DNA of 64,000 nucleotides from contig LSRY02000001.1 in NCBI GenBank assembly GCA_001643675.2, positions 1,612,001-1,676,000 on the forward strand, written 5' to 3'. Positions 23,120 to 36,800 of this stretch are shown here, one piece after another; position 1 is the stretch's first letter; each line of letters starts with the position of its first letter. Under the pieces are notes generated by a model. That model did not search any database. It was given only the letters and a program-made list of their open reading frames with translations, and was not told the origin of the DNA. The stretch is from Monocercomonoides exilis PA203. Its lineage: Eukaryota > Protista > Preaxostyla. Position numbers and translations under genes: made by a program.

Positions 23120-23921
23120 ATGTGCATTTCATTTCATTTTTAATTTCGATAGCAAAAATTTATAATTTGCCTAAAAAAATTGAAAATTCGTTGCAAATCT
23201 TTCATTTCAAATACAATACTTAACGTTTTCAACTTTTATTGGAGGAGTTGTCGAAATGATAAACATATCGATGAAAATTGGGAAAATGATTCGTTGTAAT
23301 ATCTATGAAATCAAAACCTGAACACTTCTCACAAAAAATCAAAAAAGTGCTTACTAACTTCGACCATTGAATTTTTGTGGCAAAAATTTGTCTGATTCCG
23401 ATGTCTCACTATGCAATTACATGATTCCCAAAACAAATACCCAAATAGGAAAAAACGAATCTTACCCATTTCATTCTAAAATGTTAAGTGAAATGAGAAG
23501 TGGAAAAATGAATACTTTTAGCTTGATATGAGTATCAGCAGTCAAAATTTGAGAGAAAATAGATAGAACATTCAGAGTGAACATATGAGCGGGAGAAATT
23601 TCACAAAGTTCGAACGTTAATTTTACAAAGATTAAAATTTCTTCAGTATATTCAAAGAAATGAAGCATACAAACAAAAGCACTCAAGAAATTTAAATTCT
23701 TAGTGCCATAATCGAGGCAACAAAAAGTATCAACGGGAAGAAAGTTTGACAAATTTGTTCAAAAATTACGAATATGCTTGTAAAAAAGAAAAAGTATAAA
23801 AAAGATAAAGTTGAACGCTTTGTGAGATAAACTATATCGTAACTCTTAAACAATTAAATAAGAAGAAGAGCGAGGTGACAAGAGACTGTTTTGCTTACAG
23901 CAAACTGTTGATCGTAATTGT

Positions 23922-25004
23922 TCAATTCTGCTGAGGAAGGTAAAGACCATGTCCAACTCCAGTTTGAGCTTCTCCACCGTCTTCATCACTCCGACATTTT
24001 TCGAAATACGAAGGAATGGGAAGTGGTGGATACGGGATAGACGCTCTTTCATAAAACATTGTAAGATTTTTAATTGCTGCAGAGGATCGCGCCACTGACT
24101 TTGTAGATGGAGTTTCAACAGGTGAAGGAACAGGTGAAGGAGTTACAGAAGAAGAGCTTGATGTCGGTGTTGCGTCTGATGCGGTTTCTTTAGGAGGAGG
24201 TAATGCTCCCATAACTTGTTTATGAACAGTTTCTACTCCTTTCTTTAACAATGCTTTTCCTTCTTCTTCTTCAACAGCCTTGAATTCTTCGCGTGCAGCA
24301 AGATATCCAGACAATGTTGAATGCTTTCCAGTAAAAACTCTGAAGCCATACATTTTGGGGCGCAGAAAACCCAATGGCTTTTTCATCATCAACCATGGAA
24401 ATTGTTGGAAAAATGCAAGAGGGAATGATGGACCGAATGCAGCTCCATCGATAGCATGATGCCTACGAGAGGATGGAACATATATTGATTCGCAGGATGG
24501 GCAATATAACATCACATTATCAGATCCACATTCCAATGTTTTTCCAACAGGAAGAACAGGACAGCCATTGCAAATTAATAAGGGGCATGTACCAAATACA
24601 TTTCTTTCATATTTTTCTTTCTAAAGAACATAATTTTTCAAAAAATAGAAAAAACTGAAAGAATATCAAAAACTTACCATTGCTTTAAGCCCATTCAAAG
24701 TTAAAATGTAGCGAGCATGAATCATATAATAAAGTTGCTCAGTTGCTATTTCAATTTCCTCGCTCTGAGCATCATCATCTTCTTCATCAGAAACATTATA
24801 ATCCAAAATTTCTTGAAAAGCTCTTTGAAAATGCGGCGCTTTGTTGACCAGGCCAGAAGTATTTCCAGGCGTTTCTATGAAAGAACGAGGAACTTCAACA
24901 AAAAACTCGTGGCCACGAGCGGAACAAAACCACTCGATCCAAGGCATTTCAGAGGAACTGTTATCCGAGTTATCATCAGAGTACATTTGGCCTTTTCTAG
25001 ACAT
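23922..25004 (-). CDS. CSNK2B: Casein kinase II regulatory subunit beta, 2 exons, extended C-terminus
   Basis: WIEWFCSARGHEFFVEV, acidic loop, LYYMIHARYILT, FGTCPLLIC..LYCPSC zinc ribbon, IDGAAFGPSFP and PKMYGFRV. Intron at 24621-24677. Confidence 0.95.
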
Positions 25005-25241
25005 TAAAGAAAAACAATAAAATATGTTAGAGAGGGAGAAAAATAGAAAAAAGAATTCGTACAATTCGAAAGATGGAAAATCTTGATCGTTTTGATCACA
25101 ATCCACAAAAATCCCAATTGATCAAAAAAGTATTTGGGAATTATATTATAGAGTTTTCACTCGTAAATACAATGTAAGATACAAAAATAAGTTAAAAGTG
25201 AATTGAAAAAAAAATATTTTTTAAATGAGAAATGATTATTT

Positions 25242-28200
25242 CTAATTTGGATGAATTGGTGTTCGTTGTCCTAATGCAGGATGAACAGGTGTATGAGAGC
25301 CATATGATGGATGCACAGGAGTTTGACCAGAGTAAATGCCTGGATGTGTAGGTGTTTGCCCGCCCATGCCCGGGTAAATCGGGGTTTGACCGCCCATTCC
25401 AGGATAGACAGGGGTCTGGCCTCCCATGCCTGGATAGATCGGTGTCTGGCCGCCATATGACTGATAAGCTGGCGTCTGAGCGCTGTAAGAGCCATAAAGC
25501 GGAGTCTGTCCCCCATACCCTGCACGGAGCGGCGTGTACCCTCCGCCCATGTACGCCGGCGTGAGGGCTCCAGCAGCCACCATTGATGATGCAGACAACG
25601 CACCGGAAGCAGCAGAAGACGAGGCAGAAGAGGAAGGCATGGCAGAAGAGGAAGGCGCCGTGTACCGCATCTCTTCGACTAGCGCCAAGTCCTGCTTTGG
25701 AATGGTGACTGTCTTCATTGTGGCTTGTATCTCCACCCGTGCTGTGTCGCTGGTGATCGCCTTCACCATCCCCATCATTCCTTTGTAATTCCCTCTCGTT
25801 ACACGGATCGTCTTATACAGCATCGGATCCTTCCCAAACGTCTGCCTGCTCCTTCCGCCTCTGCCGCTACCGCTGTCACCTCCGCCAATACCACCCATCC
25901 CGTTTCCGCTGCTGCCCCACCCCTTTTTGTCGAGAAGCGAAAACTTCGAGTCAACTTTTGAATCAAGCATCTCGTTCTTCATTCGCGAGTCTTTCCAATC
26001 GTTTCTGCTGTCCATTCTGCTTCTGCCATCGCTCACATCATCTCTTCCGCTCCCTCCTCTCCCAGAAACGCCCCTGTCTCCGTCTCGCCCTCCCCGTGAG
26101 CCTCTGAAGCCCTTCGTCGAGCCTTGCACCGTCACCTCGCAGTCAGCCCCATTCAATGCAACAATCCCGTTATTTTCGCGAACCGGTCGGCACTCCACAA
26201 ACACAGTGTGCCCCAATATCTGCTTCACGGTGCCTGTAAACCCAGCATAAGTTCCGTATCCCTTGATCTTCACATCGTCCTCCACTCCAATCTCCCTCCC
26301 GCCGTCGTCGGTGGCTTTCCGCATCTTGCCCTTCTGCACGTTCAGCACTCGGCTCATCTGTGCTGTGACAGCCTCTCCTTCAACAGTCAGCAGCCGCACA
26401 GTCTGCGCATCCACATCCACAACACACCCGCTGGTCTCATCGTCCAGCACAACAACATCAAACTGGCTGATCCTCCCCGTCGGATCGCCTTTCGATTCGT
26501 ATGCCGACGCAAGCTGCACATCCACCCCAAACACATCCACAGCATCTCCTGTGCCGTCCACCAGAATGCTGACAATGTCCTTCTCGATGTTCTGCACCAC
26601 CACAATACCCGTGCTGTTCGTGTGAACTCCGCCTATCACACGCACATGCGACCCAACAGGAAATATCTTCTGCAGATAGATGGCTTCAAACTGCAGAAGC
26701 TCCTTCAGCTCTTCGTGCATCGGCTTCACGGTCACAAGCGGACCTTCAAGTTGCACCACTTTCCCTTCCACGCCCTTCAAATCTCCTTCCACCACAATCA
26801 CCCGGTCGCCCAGCGCAAACACCCGCTTGCGCTTCATCTTCTGCAGTGCCTGCGCAGCCTCCAGCTCGTTCTTCTCTTCGCTTCCTCTGTCAAACCGCGC
26901 AATCTCCTCCAGCGTCGGATTGACGTCCTTCGTCTGGATCATCATCTCCGAGAAGTTCCGCACCAGGAACCCGTCGTAGTAGCGGTATGCCTTGTAGATG
27001 TAGAACTCCTCTCCGTCTGGCGCTGTGCGCTGGTCAACCTCCTCGTGCAGCCGCAGCAGCTCATCTGCATCGAAATACCGCGCTGCGGGCCGCTTGCCTC
27101 GCCCAAACCCAAACGGCCCTTTCTTCTTCTTTCCCGACGCTGCTCCGTCGCCGCCGTCGATGTCCTCTTCGCCCGCGGAGAAGTCGTTGTCGTCGAGATC
27201 TTCCTCGTCCACTCGCTGCCTTTTCCCTTCTCTATTCTCTGCTTCTCCATCCACATCCAGCTCGCTGCCCATCCCGCTGTCTCCCCTCTTCGCGCCCTTA
27301 GCGATCCCTTCGTAGTCGATACGCGGAATCAGCTTCACCAGCACCGTCTTCCTCGGGATGTCGTGATCCACCACTTGCCCCAAATCGCCTCTGTATATCC
27401 CTCTTTTGATGCGGATCCAGTCTCCCTTCGATAGCTCCACATCGATTTCACCATCGCGCGTGGCGAGCGTCATGCTCGACGTCAGAATGGCATCTGCTTC
27501 GCGGACAGGCACAGACGCTGGGGGCGTTTTGAAAAACAGCTCCAGCTCGTCAACAGCCTGCTGAACAGCATCCATACGATCAGCCTCCACAAAGACGCAA
27601 TCTTTCAAATTGTCGTTGGCAAATACAGATTTGATGCCAAGATGCTCTCCTCTGGCTTTTAGTGTGAAAAATTTGTTTGTTAATACAATGGCAGCTTCAC
27701 GAGCTTTCCCAATCTAAAGTGAAAATTCCATATAATTTTTTGATGAAAAAAATAAATTATAAACAATTTAACATAAATAAAACAAGAACAAAAAATACCT
27801 TCACCCGACATCTCCATAATTTTGAATCTTGAATTGTTGGCAACCTCGTTGTAGAAAGAGCACTTCCTTCCATAAATACGCCATCGCTGTAGCGATCGTC
27901 ACTAAATGGATAATTGTGAAAAGATAAGAAAGGAAAAGAATATAGCCACTTTAAAAATAATTTTATTAATTATATTGCAAACATGGTCGTTCCTCGCTTT
28001 AATCTTTCCAAAAGCTGCTCTTCAGTCAGTTTTGCTTCTTCAAAAGATCTTTTTTGCCTATCAATAACTCTTTGATTGGCTTCTTCATTTGCACGCTTAA
28101 AGTCTTTGCTTTGTGCAACTAAAATTTTAGAAGCATTGAGTTTTGATAAAAGTAACATATATTTGAATAAAGAACGTTTATCATACTTTCACGCTCTTCC

Positions 28201-28435
28201 TCATTATCAGAAGCCTCTTCTTCTTCTTCTTCACTGGAATCAGCTTCACTAACTTGATCGATAAAATAGCTTTCAATTTCTTTTGGTATTGCCCCTGATT
28301 TAGGCTTTTCATCTTCTTCATCTTCTATATCTTCGTATTCATCCTCGTCCTCATCGTGCTCATCTTTATAATCATCTTCCTACAAAAAAAGATAAAGAGG
28401 AAAAAGCAATCAACAGTCAGACAAACATTGCGCAT
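25242..28435 (-). CDS. SPT5: Transcription elongation factor SPT5 (DSIF large subunit)
   Basis: Acidic N-terminus, NGN domain (LPTIQDSKLWRCRVKIGKAREA..VFVEAD), KOW motifs (GDWIRIKRGIYRGDLGQV, GDRVIVVEGDLKG, IRVTRGNYKGMMGMVK) and C-terminal GGQTPxYPG repeats. Four small 5' introns. Confidence 0.96.
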
Positions 28436-28640
28436 GCTTAATTTTCACTTTTTTGAAAAAAAACACAAGCAAATAACGAATAAAATCGATAATGGATCAA
28501 AATATTTTTATATTGGTAACTGCATGTGAATACAAAAAAGGAAATCGAAGTAAATATAACATCATTAAGTATATATTCCCATGCATCCATATAAATAAAA
28601 TTTATATGTGCTTTTCATGAATTAATAATTTTGTTAGAAC

Positions 28641-30066
28641 ATGTGGAATCCGACTAATACAATTCAAGGAGTTAGCTCGACAACTGTATGTGCTTTTTGA
28701 GTATAATCAATGAATCATATTTATACATTCATTCAAATTTATTAGACATTTGAGCTTCAAGGAATTGTCGAAAGTCTCAAAGAAAAAACGCGAAGCGGGG
28801 AATATCGCCCAAATTATGTGAGAAAAAGTGAAAATCCAAACGTTATACCTCCAAAACTACTTGAAAGAAAGGAAAAGGATATTCAGGAATATGTAGACTC
28901 GGATCCGCTTTCGCAGTATCAACAGAAACTCGAATTAAAAGCCAAACTATATGAAAAACTTTCAAGTGGAAAAATGATTGATGATTACTCGGCTGTTTCT
29001 GTAAATTTCACTAAAAAAATTGAAGAAAACGCACCATTCTCTTTTTTAGAATCATCTCGAGATATTTCTAACGAGAGGCCTCTTCTTTTATCAACAGCAA
29101 TTGATGAATTGAAATCAAGAAGCGAAGGTTCTCACAAAAAACATGTTTCAATTTTTAGAAACCAACAGAAAGAAGATGACATGAAAGGATGGGATTTATA
29201 CGAAGATTATTCGCACGTTCCACCACCATCGGCAAATGTGATTTATCAAAGCTCAAAAAGCAAAAGTTCAACTGCTTTATCAAACCACAGCGATTCCGTC
29301 ACTTCTTCTTCGATGGCAGAAGACATTGAGCGTTTATTTGGTGAAGAACAGTCAGAAGATTCCGAGAAGAAAAAGGAAACAGCAGAACAAGCTGCGAAAC
29401 AAGAAAGACAGAACAAGATGGAAGAATTTATGAATTCGTTGATTTTAGCAAGAGACTGGGTTAAAGATGGGAAAAGAAGAGACACAAGGGACAAAGAAGA
29501 GGAAATATATGCAGAAAAACGAATGAAATTATCTGCAGCAAAAAACAAGTTGATGCATACGATAGAAGGATTTGACCAGTTCGAAGGATCAAATGAAAGA
29601 TTGAATGCTGTCAAACTTGATGAAGGATATGCAAATATTTTGGCAATGCCTTTATCGTCTGCATTGAACGAAGAGCAAGAAATTAAAAATGCAGAACAAC
29701 AGAAACAGAGAAAGCCGCGTTCTGATTCGTCATATGACGCAAACAAAGATATTGAAGGTTGAACTTGTCAGTTTTCGCATTATTGATTATTGATTCATTT
29801 ATGATTGCACAACGTTTATTGATTATTTTTTATATCTTTCTCTTTTTTTAAAAAATATACATTTTTATCTATTAGATTTTCTTGCAAAGCGAAGAAGAGA
29901 AATACGAGAAGCAGAAGAGGCAGCAGCAGAAACAAGAGCAATTCGCCGGGCGATTGAAACAGAGAAAAAAGAAGAGCTGAGCGAACGTGATAAGCGTCGA
30001 GCTCAGCTCAGAATGACCTTGTTTGAAATGAGAAGGAGGAAAGCGAGCTTTTTTCCTGGAACTTGA
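28641..30066 (+). CDS. CCDC174-like coiled-coil protein, ~3 exons
   Basis: KLELKAKLYEKLSSGKMIDDYSAVSVNFTKK resembles the CCDC174 conserved block (from recall). ATG at 28641, intron at ~28686-28745, and a last intron at ~29758-29875 leading to a charged helical exon ending at TGA 30066. Confidence 0.6.
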
Positions 30067-30853
30067 ATGAACAATAACTTGGACAAATAACAATCAGATA
30101 AAACAATAATAAAAGGCAGGAGGGCACACTTAAAATGAATTGATAGACATACAAATTTGCAAGGAAGACATTTAAATTTTTTATGCTTTCCGCTCATCAA
30201 TATGCGTTGAGCAATAAATTTGTTGGAAGTTGAGTTTTTCATGTTTTATGGAATGTGAAATCGATTATTTAAAAGAAAATTTCAATTTGAAATTGGAACT
30301 TAACAGTTTATTATTTGTTTATCGGAAAATTATTATTAAACTTTATTATTTAAAGATTTCATTCTGAACGTTCCATTGATTTTGTGATTTAAAAACGTTT
30401 GCAATATTTTGAAATGAATATTTTTATTTTTGTTTCCTTGTAATATACGAATCAATAATTTTACTTATTTATTTATCATTCATTTCTTTTCTTATTCAAT
30501 CAAAATCACAAATAAGATTACAAAGAATTCTAATACAACTTCCCTTCATTTTCCATAATTCGAAAAATGAGATTATTCATTTCCATTATTTTTTTTGTCA
30601 ACAAACATTTCGATGAAAACTCAATATCTTCCCATTCATTTTCCAATTTACATCAAATATTATTTCACAAAAATAATCATGAAATAACTTTTCACAATAA
30701 TTTGATAACATTTCTTTAATTTCTCGAGAATGAAAATTGAAGGATGGAAAACATTAATGGAAAAGATCAGATTCATTTATTTTGTTCTTGCATTGAACCT
30801 ATTGCTTAAAAAGGTAAATAACAAAGATTTTTTCACACGGTAATTATAAAAAA

Positions 30854-33800
30854 ATGATTGCTGCAATTCTTTTCACCTTCTTCCAAGCAAATTTCAGTGC
30901 AATGAAATGGAAAGAAAATATAAACTGTGAAAATATTGATTGTGAGCGAAATCAGAATTTATCAAATTCTACTCAAGAAAGAACCGAAAGAGGAATAATT
31001 CTTGGATCTTTTACTGTTCAAAACACAACACTTGAATGCTCATGTATCATTCTCAAAACATCAAATAACCAATCTTTCTTTCGAATCAATGAGCAATCAG
31101 TTCTTTTCCTCACGAGCTGCATTTCAATTTCTTCTTCTGAATACAGTTTTTTTGTGATTGATGGAGGAGTGGCAGATGCTAAAAATCTTTCAATTTACGC
31201 AATTCGTTCATTCACACCAATTCCAGGTTTATTCTGCTCTTCATCCAATTCAATAATGTTCCACAAAGAAGCATTTATTTCTCTTTCCGATTCATTGTTT
31301 TCATCGTTTGAGATGTCAAAAACTCCGCTCCTAGCAGCAGACATTTGTTGTTCAGTTTCCGCCACCTGCCTTTTTATGCACAACATCACATCAACATTTC
31401 CAGTTCAGTCTGTGTCCCCAACGATATCAGTTGCAACTTCGACAACACTCGACAGTTGTATTTTTCATAGAGTTAGTGATGTTATTGATGGGGGTATTAC
31501 AAGATCAGTGAACAGTCCATCTTCTTCACTTGCAGCTCTCAATATCACCTTCGAAAGCTGTATCCGCCAAGCAAACATAGCCGTATCAAATAATAAAAAT
31601 ATGAAGCAGCAAAAACTTGGTGCAAATGAAGTACATGTTTTTACTAACTGTGAATGGCATGACGCTAACATTAACGGAGTTGGAAGTGCAATCTATTTGT
31701 TAGGAACCTCTTCCCTTGAATGCAAAAGATGCAGTTTTCGCAATATGAGCCATAACAACGATGGAGCTGTTGATGTTCAAAAAGGATTGGGCGTTAAACT
31801 AACTGAATGCAATTTCACAAATTGTGAATCAAGAAAAAATTCTGGTGGAGTTTTATTATTTTTCGTGACTGATGACTATTGCATTTCGCGCTGCATCTTC
31901 ACTAGATGCAAAGCTTCTCCAGAATACGCTGGAGGCTTAAGAATAAACCAACTGTCTGGAAATGATAATAATTTGATACAATTATGTCGATTCTTAAACA
32001 ACGAAGCTGCATCTTATGGTGGTGGCTTATACATCCAAAAAAATACAACGAGATATGTCATATCTGAGTGTGATTTCTTTAACAATATTGCGAATGGAAC
32101 AGGAGAAGTTTATAAACGTGGAGGTGGTGGTGCATTTATTGAATCAACAGAATGGATGAAAAACGATCCCTCTCCTGTAATATTTTCTTTCTGTATTTTC
32201 ATGAATAATGAAGCGCAATGCGAAGAGGGACTTGATGTCAAAATAAACAATTCATATATTGTTGCCAACCCATTTGAAAACTCTTACTCATTCACTTCGG
32301 AAAATAGAGTGTATTACAATGAAAGGAACATTCTATATAACAATTGGTTGCCCATTATTTGTGTTAGATTTGTGAATTCAAATGGAACTACCGATGATAT
32401 TTGTGGATATAGAAAAAATTATCCATGCAAGTCAATTGAGGCTGCACATCTTCTCTCCAAAAATTTACCAAAATATACGATAAATATTATGCAATCAATA
32501 TTTTCTCCATTGGCAATGATCATCGAAGGCGGAGAAGCTTCATTTGAAGGTGAAAAGGATGACAATTGTATCATAAACACATCCTTGCTGGATCCTTCAT
32601 CATTCTTGTTCACATTGACTTCAGGATCGATGAAAATATCGCTTGTTACCATTCATCACAACTCCGATGATTCTTCTGTTTCACTATTTGCGATGGGTGC
32701 AGCTTCACGGATGCTTTCTTTGAAAAGTGTAACTATTTCCGGGCTTGACGAAACAGCTGAAAGAATTCGGAGCAATTCTCTGTTTCTAGTCATATTTGCC
32801 AAGTTTCAAATGGACAACTGCTTGGTTGAGCATATTGCCTTGTCAAGCTGTTCAATCTTCGAAGAAGATATTGAGAGTGGAACAGGAGAGAACATGTTGA
32901 AGAATGTGACATTTAGCAATATTTCAAAAGGAGAAGGAAATGGAGGTATATTTTCAACATCAAGGGGAAGAAGGGACTCATTTTGGATAAAAAATGTGAC
33001 GTTCAAAAACTGCTCATGCAGTGAAGGAAATGGAGGATGTATCGATTGGAGTCTGATGCAGGGAGGATCATACAAGATTGGGCAAAGCAGCATTGCAACA
33101 GAAATTCACGATTGTGGGGCAGAGAACGGAAATGGGAATCCAAGCGGAGTGAGTGACACCGGAAGAGGAGGGGGCTTGTTCTTAACGTTGTCTGCACAAA
33201 GTGATGTGTTTGAGATTGTGAATGTGGTGTTCAACGGAAATCACGCAGAACATGGGAGGAACGTGTTTATTGCATCAAATCATCTGGAGTTGATCCCAGT
33301 TGAGAGATTCGCATTTGTCTTGCAAATGAATGAAGATGCGAGTGATGCAGAAGGGATAGGTGATTCCAGTAACACTTCACTCATCGTCCCCATTCTTTGC
33401 TATACTCAAGATGTGCCCCAAAGTGGGATTCAAGTGTCTGCTTCTGGATCTGATCATCCTCGCTGTGGTTTTGCGTTTTTCAAATGCAGAACACTGAGTT
33501 TCCCAGTCAACAGAGCGAATGGCTCTCCGATAAGCATAATAGTTAATGGCGCAGTGGATGTTGACGCAACTGTTGTCTTTTCCAAAGCTCAGACAGATGT
33601 TGATGCATCCGAAGATGGGGTGTTGCTCGTGATCCACGGAGAAGCATCGTGTGCAGAAGAGAGTTGCAAGGGATTGTTTGATGTTTCGAACAAAACAACA
33701 ATGAGAAATCTTGTGTTGAACTTGCCCTCAGTTCTGCAGTATCATGAAACGCTGTTTAACTTGAAAAAAGACATTTTGGAATTCAATCAATGCGGATTTC

Positions 33801-36800
33801 AATTTTCGACTGGAGCAAATGTGATTCAATACTCGTTGTTTGCTGTGGAAAAAGGAACAGTGAAAGTGTCATCACTGGAATTGGACTCAATGAAATTTAT
33901 GAAATCTGGGTTCACTGCAAACGGAAACGCCTCTCAATTTGTGATTGAAAATGTCGATCTGAGAAATATCTCACTTTCCGATGATAATGGATTTGTTGAG
34001 ATTGTCAATGGAGGCTCATTCACCGCAAATGAAATGAATGCCAGCGAATGCAATATGCAAGGATACAGTTTGATTTATGCAGGAAGCAGTTGTGTGTTGA
34101 GATTGAGCATGTGTGATTGGAGTACTTGTCAGTTCACGGATTCTGGGCTGATAAAGGCAAGCGAGGCAAATGAAATTCATGTGATTAATTGCAATGAAAG
34201 CGGAATCAGTTTGGAAACAGGAGATGGAGGGTTGATTGGTGGAGTGATTGCTTATGGTGGAGTTGTTGTTGTGGAAAACACAACCATTGAAGACTGTGTT
34301 GCAGAAAGTGGGAATGGAGGAGGATTGAAGCTGAATATGAGAGGCAGCGGAGAATTGAGAATCAGTTCAACAAGCGATGCCACATCAATAAAGAGATGCA
34401 TTGCTGGAAGAACGAAGCAAGGAAATGGAGGTGGATGTGGAGGAGGACTCTGGCTGGGATTTGAGGGTGAATTATCGAGATTTGATTTGGCCGGAATGAA
34501 TGTGGAAGGGAATAAAGCAAGATGTGGGAAAGATGTGTATTTTGTCTGCCAAGACTTGAGAAAGACTGTGACAGCATCAACGTTTTCATTTTACGAAAAG
34601 ATCACTGAGAGGAACAACTCGCTGATGGGAAAAGACAGATCAAAGTTCGAAAATGATGTTGATCTTTTCATCTTCCTCGAAGGTTACAGCTCGTTGGTCA
34701 TTGAAGTGGATGGGCTGACAGGAGATAATGGAATATGGTGTGGCATGGAAGTGTGCCCATGTGCAAGTGTGGATTACGGAGTTCGCAGACTTGCAGACGA
34801 TGACGAGAAAGGAATAATACTCGCTGGACGCTCAGCAATTGAGCAGGAGACTGATCTAACAGGTGTGAGTGTCGAAACCAAAACAAACAGACAAATCATT
34901 GTGATAATAAAGTCAACAATTGGAGGAGAGTCAGATAGTGTCATTATTTCTGAGGGAAACACTCTAATAAAGAACATGGTTCTTCAGTTGCCAAAACGCT
35001 TTGATGAAACAAAGCACACTTTGATCAGCTCAACATCACAAAACGGAGTATTGGAAGTTCAGAAATGCATCTTTGAAATGCAGGAAGAGTCGAGAGAAGA
35101 GATTCAATACTCCATAATGCGATGCAGTGGAGCAATACTGATTATGAAATGGACAACCATTCACAACATAAGAACAGAAAGGACTGTATTGGAGTTGTCA
35201 CTTCTTGGAGCTGAACATATAGCATCCGACGATTCAATAGTTAGCTTCAACAACTGCACATTTGCAGATTTGTCCAATGCAAATACAGATTGTGCTGTTC
35301 TTTTCAGCGAAGATGCAAAAAATGCGATTGTGATGGAGCAGTGTAATATGACAAATGTGAAGTCAATTGCAAGCAATTCAGGCGGAGCGATAAGCATTAA
35401 CCTATCTGGAAGTTGCTTGCTTGAAGTGAGTAGTTGTGAGATGAAAGGGTGTGCTGCTGAAACAAGCAATTCTGGCAAGGGTGGTTGCCTCTTCTTGAAC
35501 AACAAACAGGCAGCCTCTGATCTTTCTTTTGTGTTTGCAAATGTTCATTTCGAAGATAATGATGCATTTCTTGGCAAAAACATATTTATCCTCAGCAACG
35601 ATCTGAATGAATCAGTGACAAATCAGACATTTGCATTCAGCGTTGATGGGTTTACCGACAACTCGAATTTGTTTGTGGGAACTGATGAGAAGCGGAACAA
35701 CACAGACCTCCTCCGATTTCTGGTTGAATACAGCAATTCAGTTGTGGTTGTGTGGGAAAGAGGAGACGATGTTGCGAGATGCGGGAGTGATGAAGATCCT
35801 TGCAAATCGATGTGGATGGGGCTGAAGCATATTGTCAAAGATGCAAGCAGCAAGGTTGTGGAAATCAAAGAAAAAGCAAGCGTGGAAGGTTCATGCGATT
35901 TTTCTGGGCTGGTCGTTGAGCCCCAAGGTTCAGGAGGAGATGAAGTTATGCGTTCTGTTCTTGAAATTGGGAGCAAAGAAGAAAGTGCAGTATCTGTGTG
36001 GATACGCAACAGCAAAACCCTTTCACTGAGAGCACTTGACATTTGCACATATCGCTTGCAGCCAAATGGAAAAACAGGCATATTCGAAAGTGATGGTGAA
36101 ATGCTTGAATTTGACGATTGCTCACTGTCAACCAATGGAGACGAAGATAAAATGGATAATGCTGCTCTATGCTTTGCGAAAAAGGGAATTTTGCGTTTAT
36201 GGAAGTGCATGATCACATCGATTGAAGCGAAGCAAAGTGTTTTTGTGATTCTTTCGGGAGTCCAGAGCTTGTTTGATGAATGCAGTGTTTCACAAACAAA
36301 AGCTGAATGTGGAAGTCTGGTGAAGGTGCAAGATGAAAGCAGAGACCACAAAAACAACGAAAGAAATGATGTGGGCGAAGTTGTTGCAAAGAATTGCACT
36401 TTCTCTTCTGTGAATGTGGAAGGCACAGACGCAAGTTTGATATGCAGCACATGCACTTGTGGAGTCAAAGTTGATATAGAATCGTCTGCGCTGGAAGAGT
36501 GTTGTGCAGGTGGAAGCACAAAGGGAGGTGCAGTTCTATTCGCATTGAATGAAGAAGGATCATTCAAGCTGAAGAATGCAAGTGTCAGGCTGTGCGGATG
36601 CTCAGCGAGCGAAGGGAAAGGAGGAGGTGTGTATCTTTCCACCAGACTGAATGGAGAACTGAAGTTTGCTTTTGATAACGTGACTTTCAGAAGAAACACA
36701 GCGAAAGTGGGAAATGACGTGTTCATCGAGTGCCACCACATTGAAAGCCAGATCAACGAAACACAGTTCAACCTCGATTTCCGCGATGAAGAATTCATCA

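Noticed and set aside
26124-27434. 436-aa plus-strand ORF and the many other antisense/overlapping ORFs within SPT5, PI4K and the two giant genes
   Set aside because: Shadow ORFs produced by GC-rich codon usage and triplet repeats on the true coding strand; no recognisable motifs.
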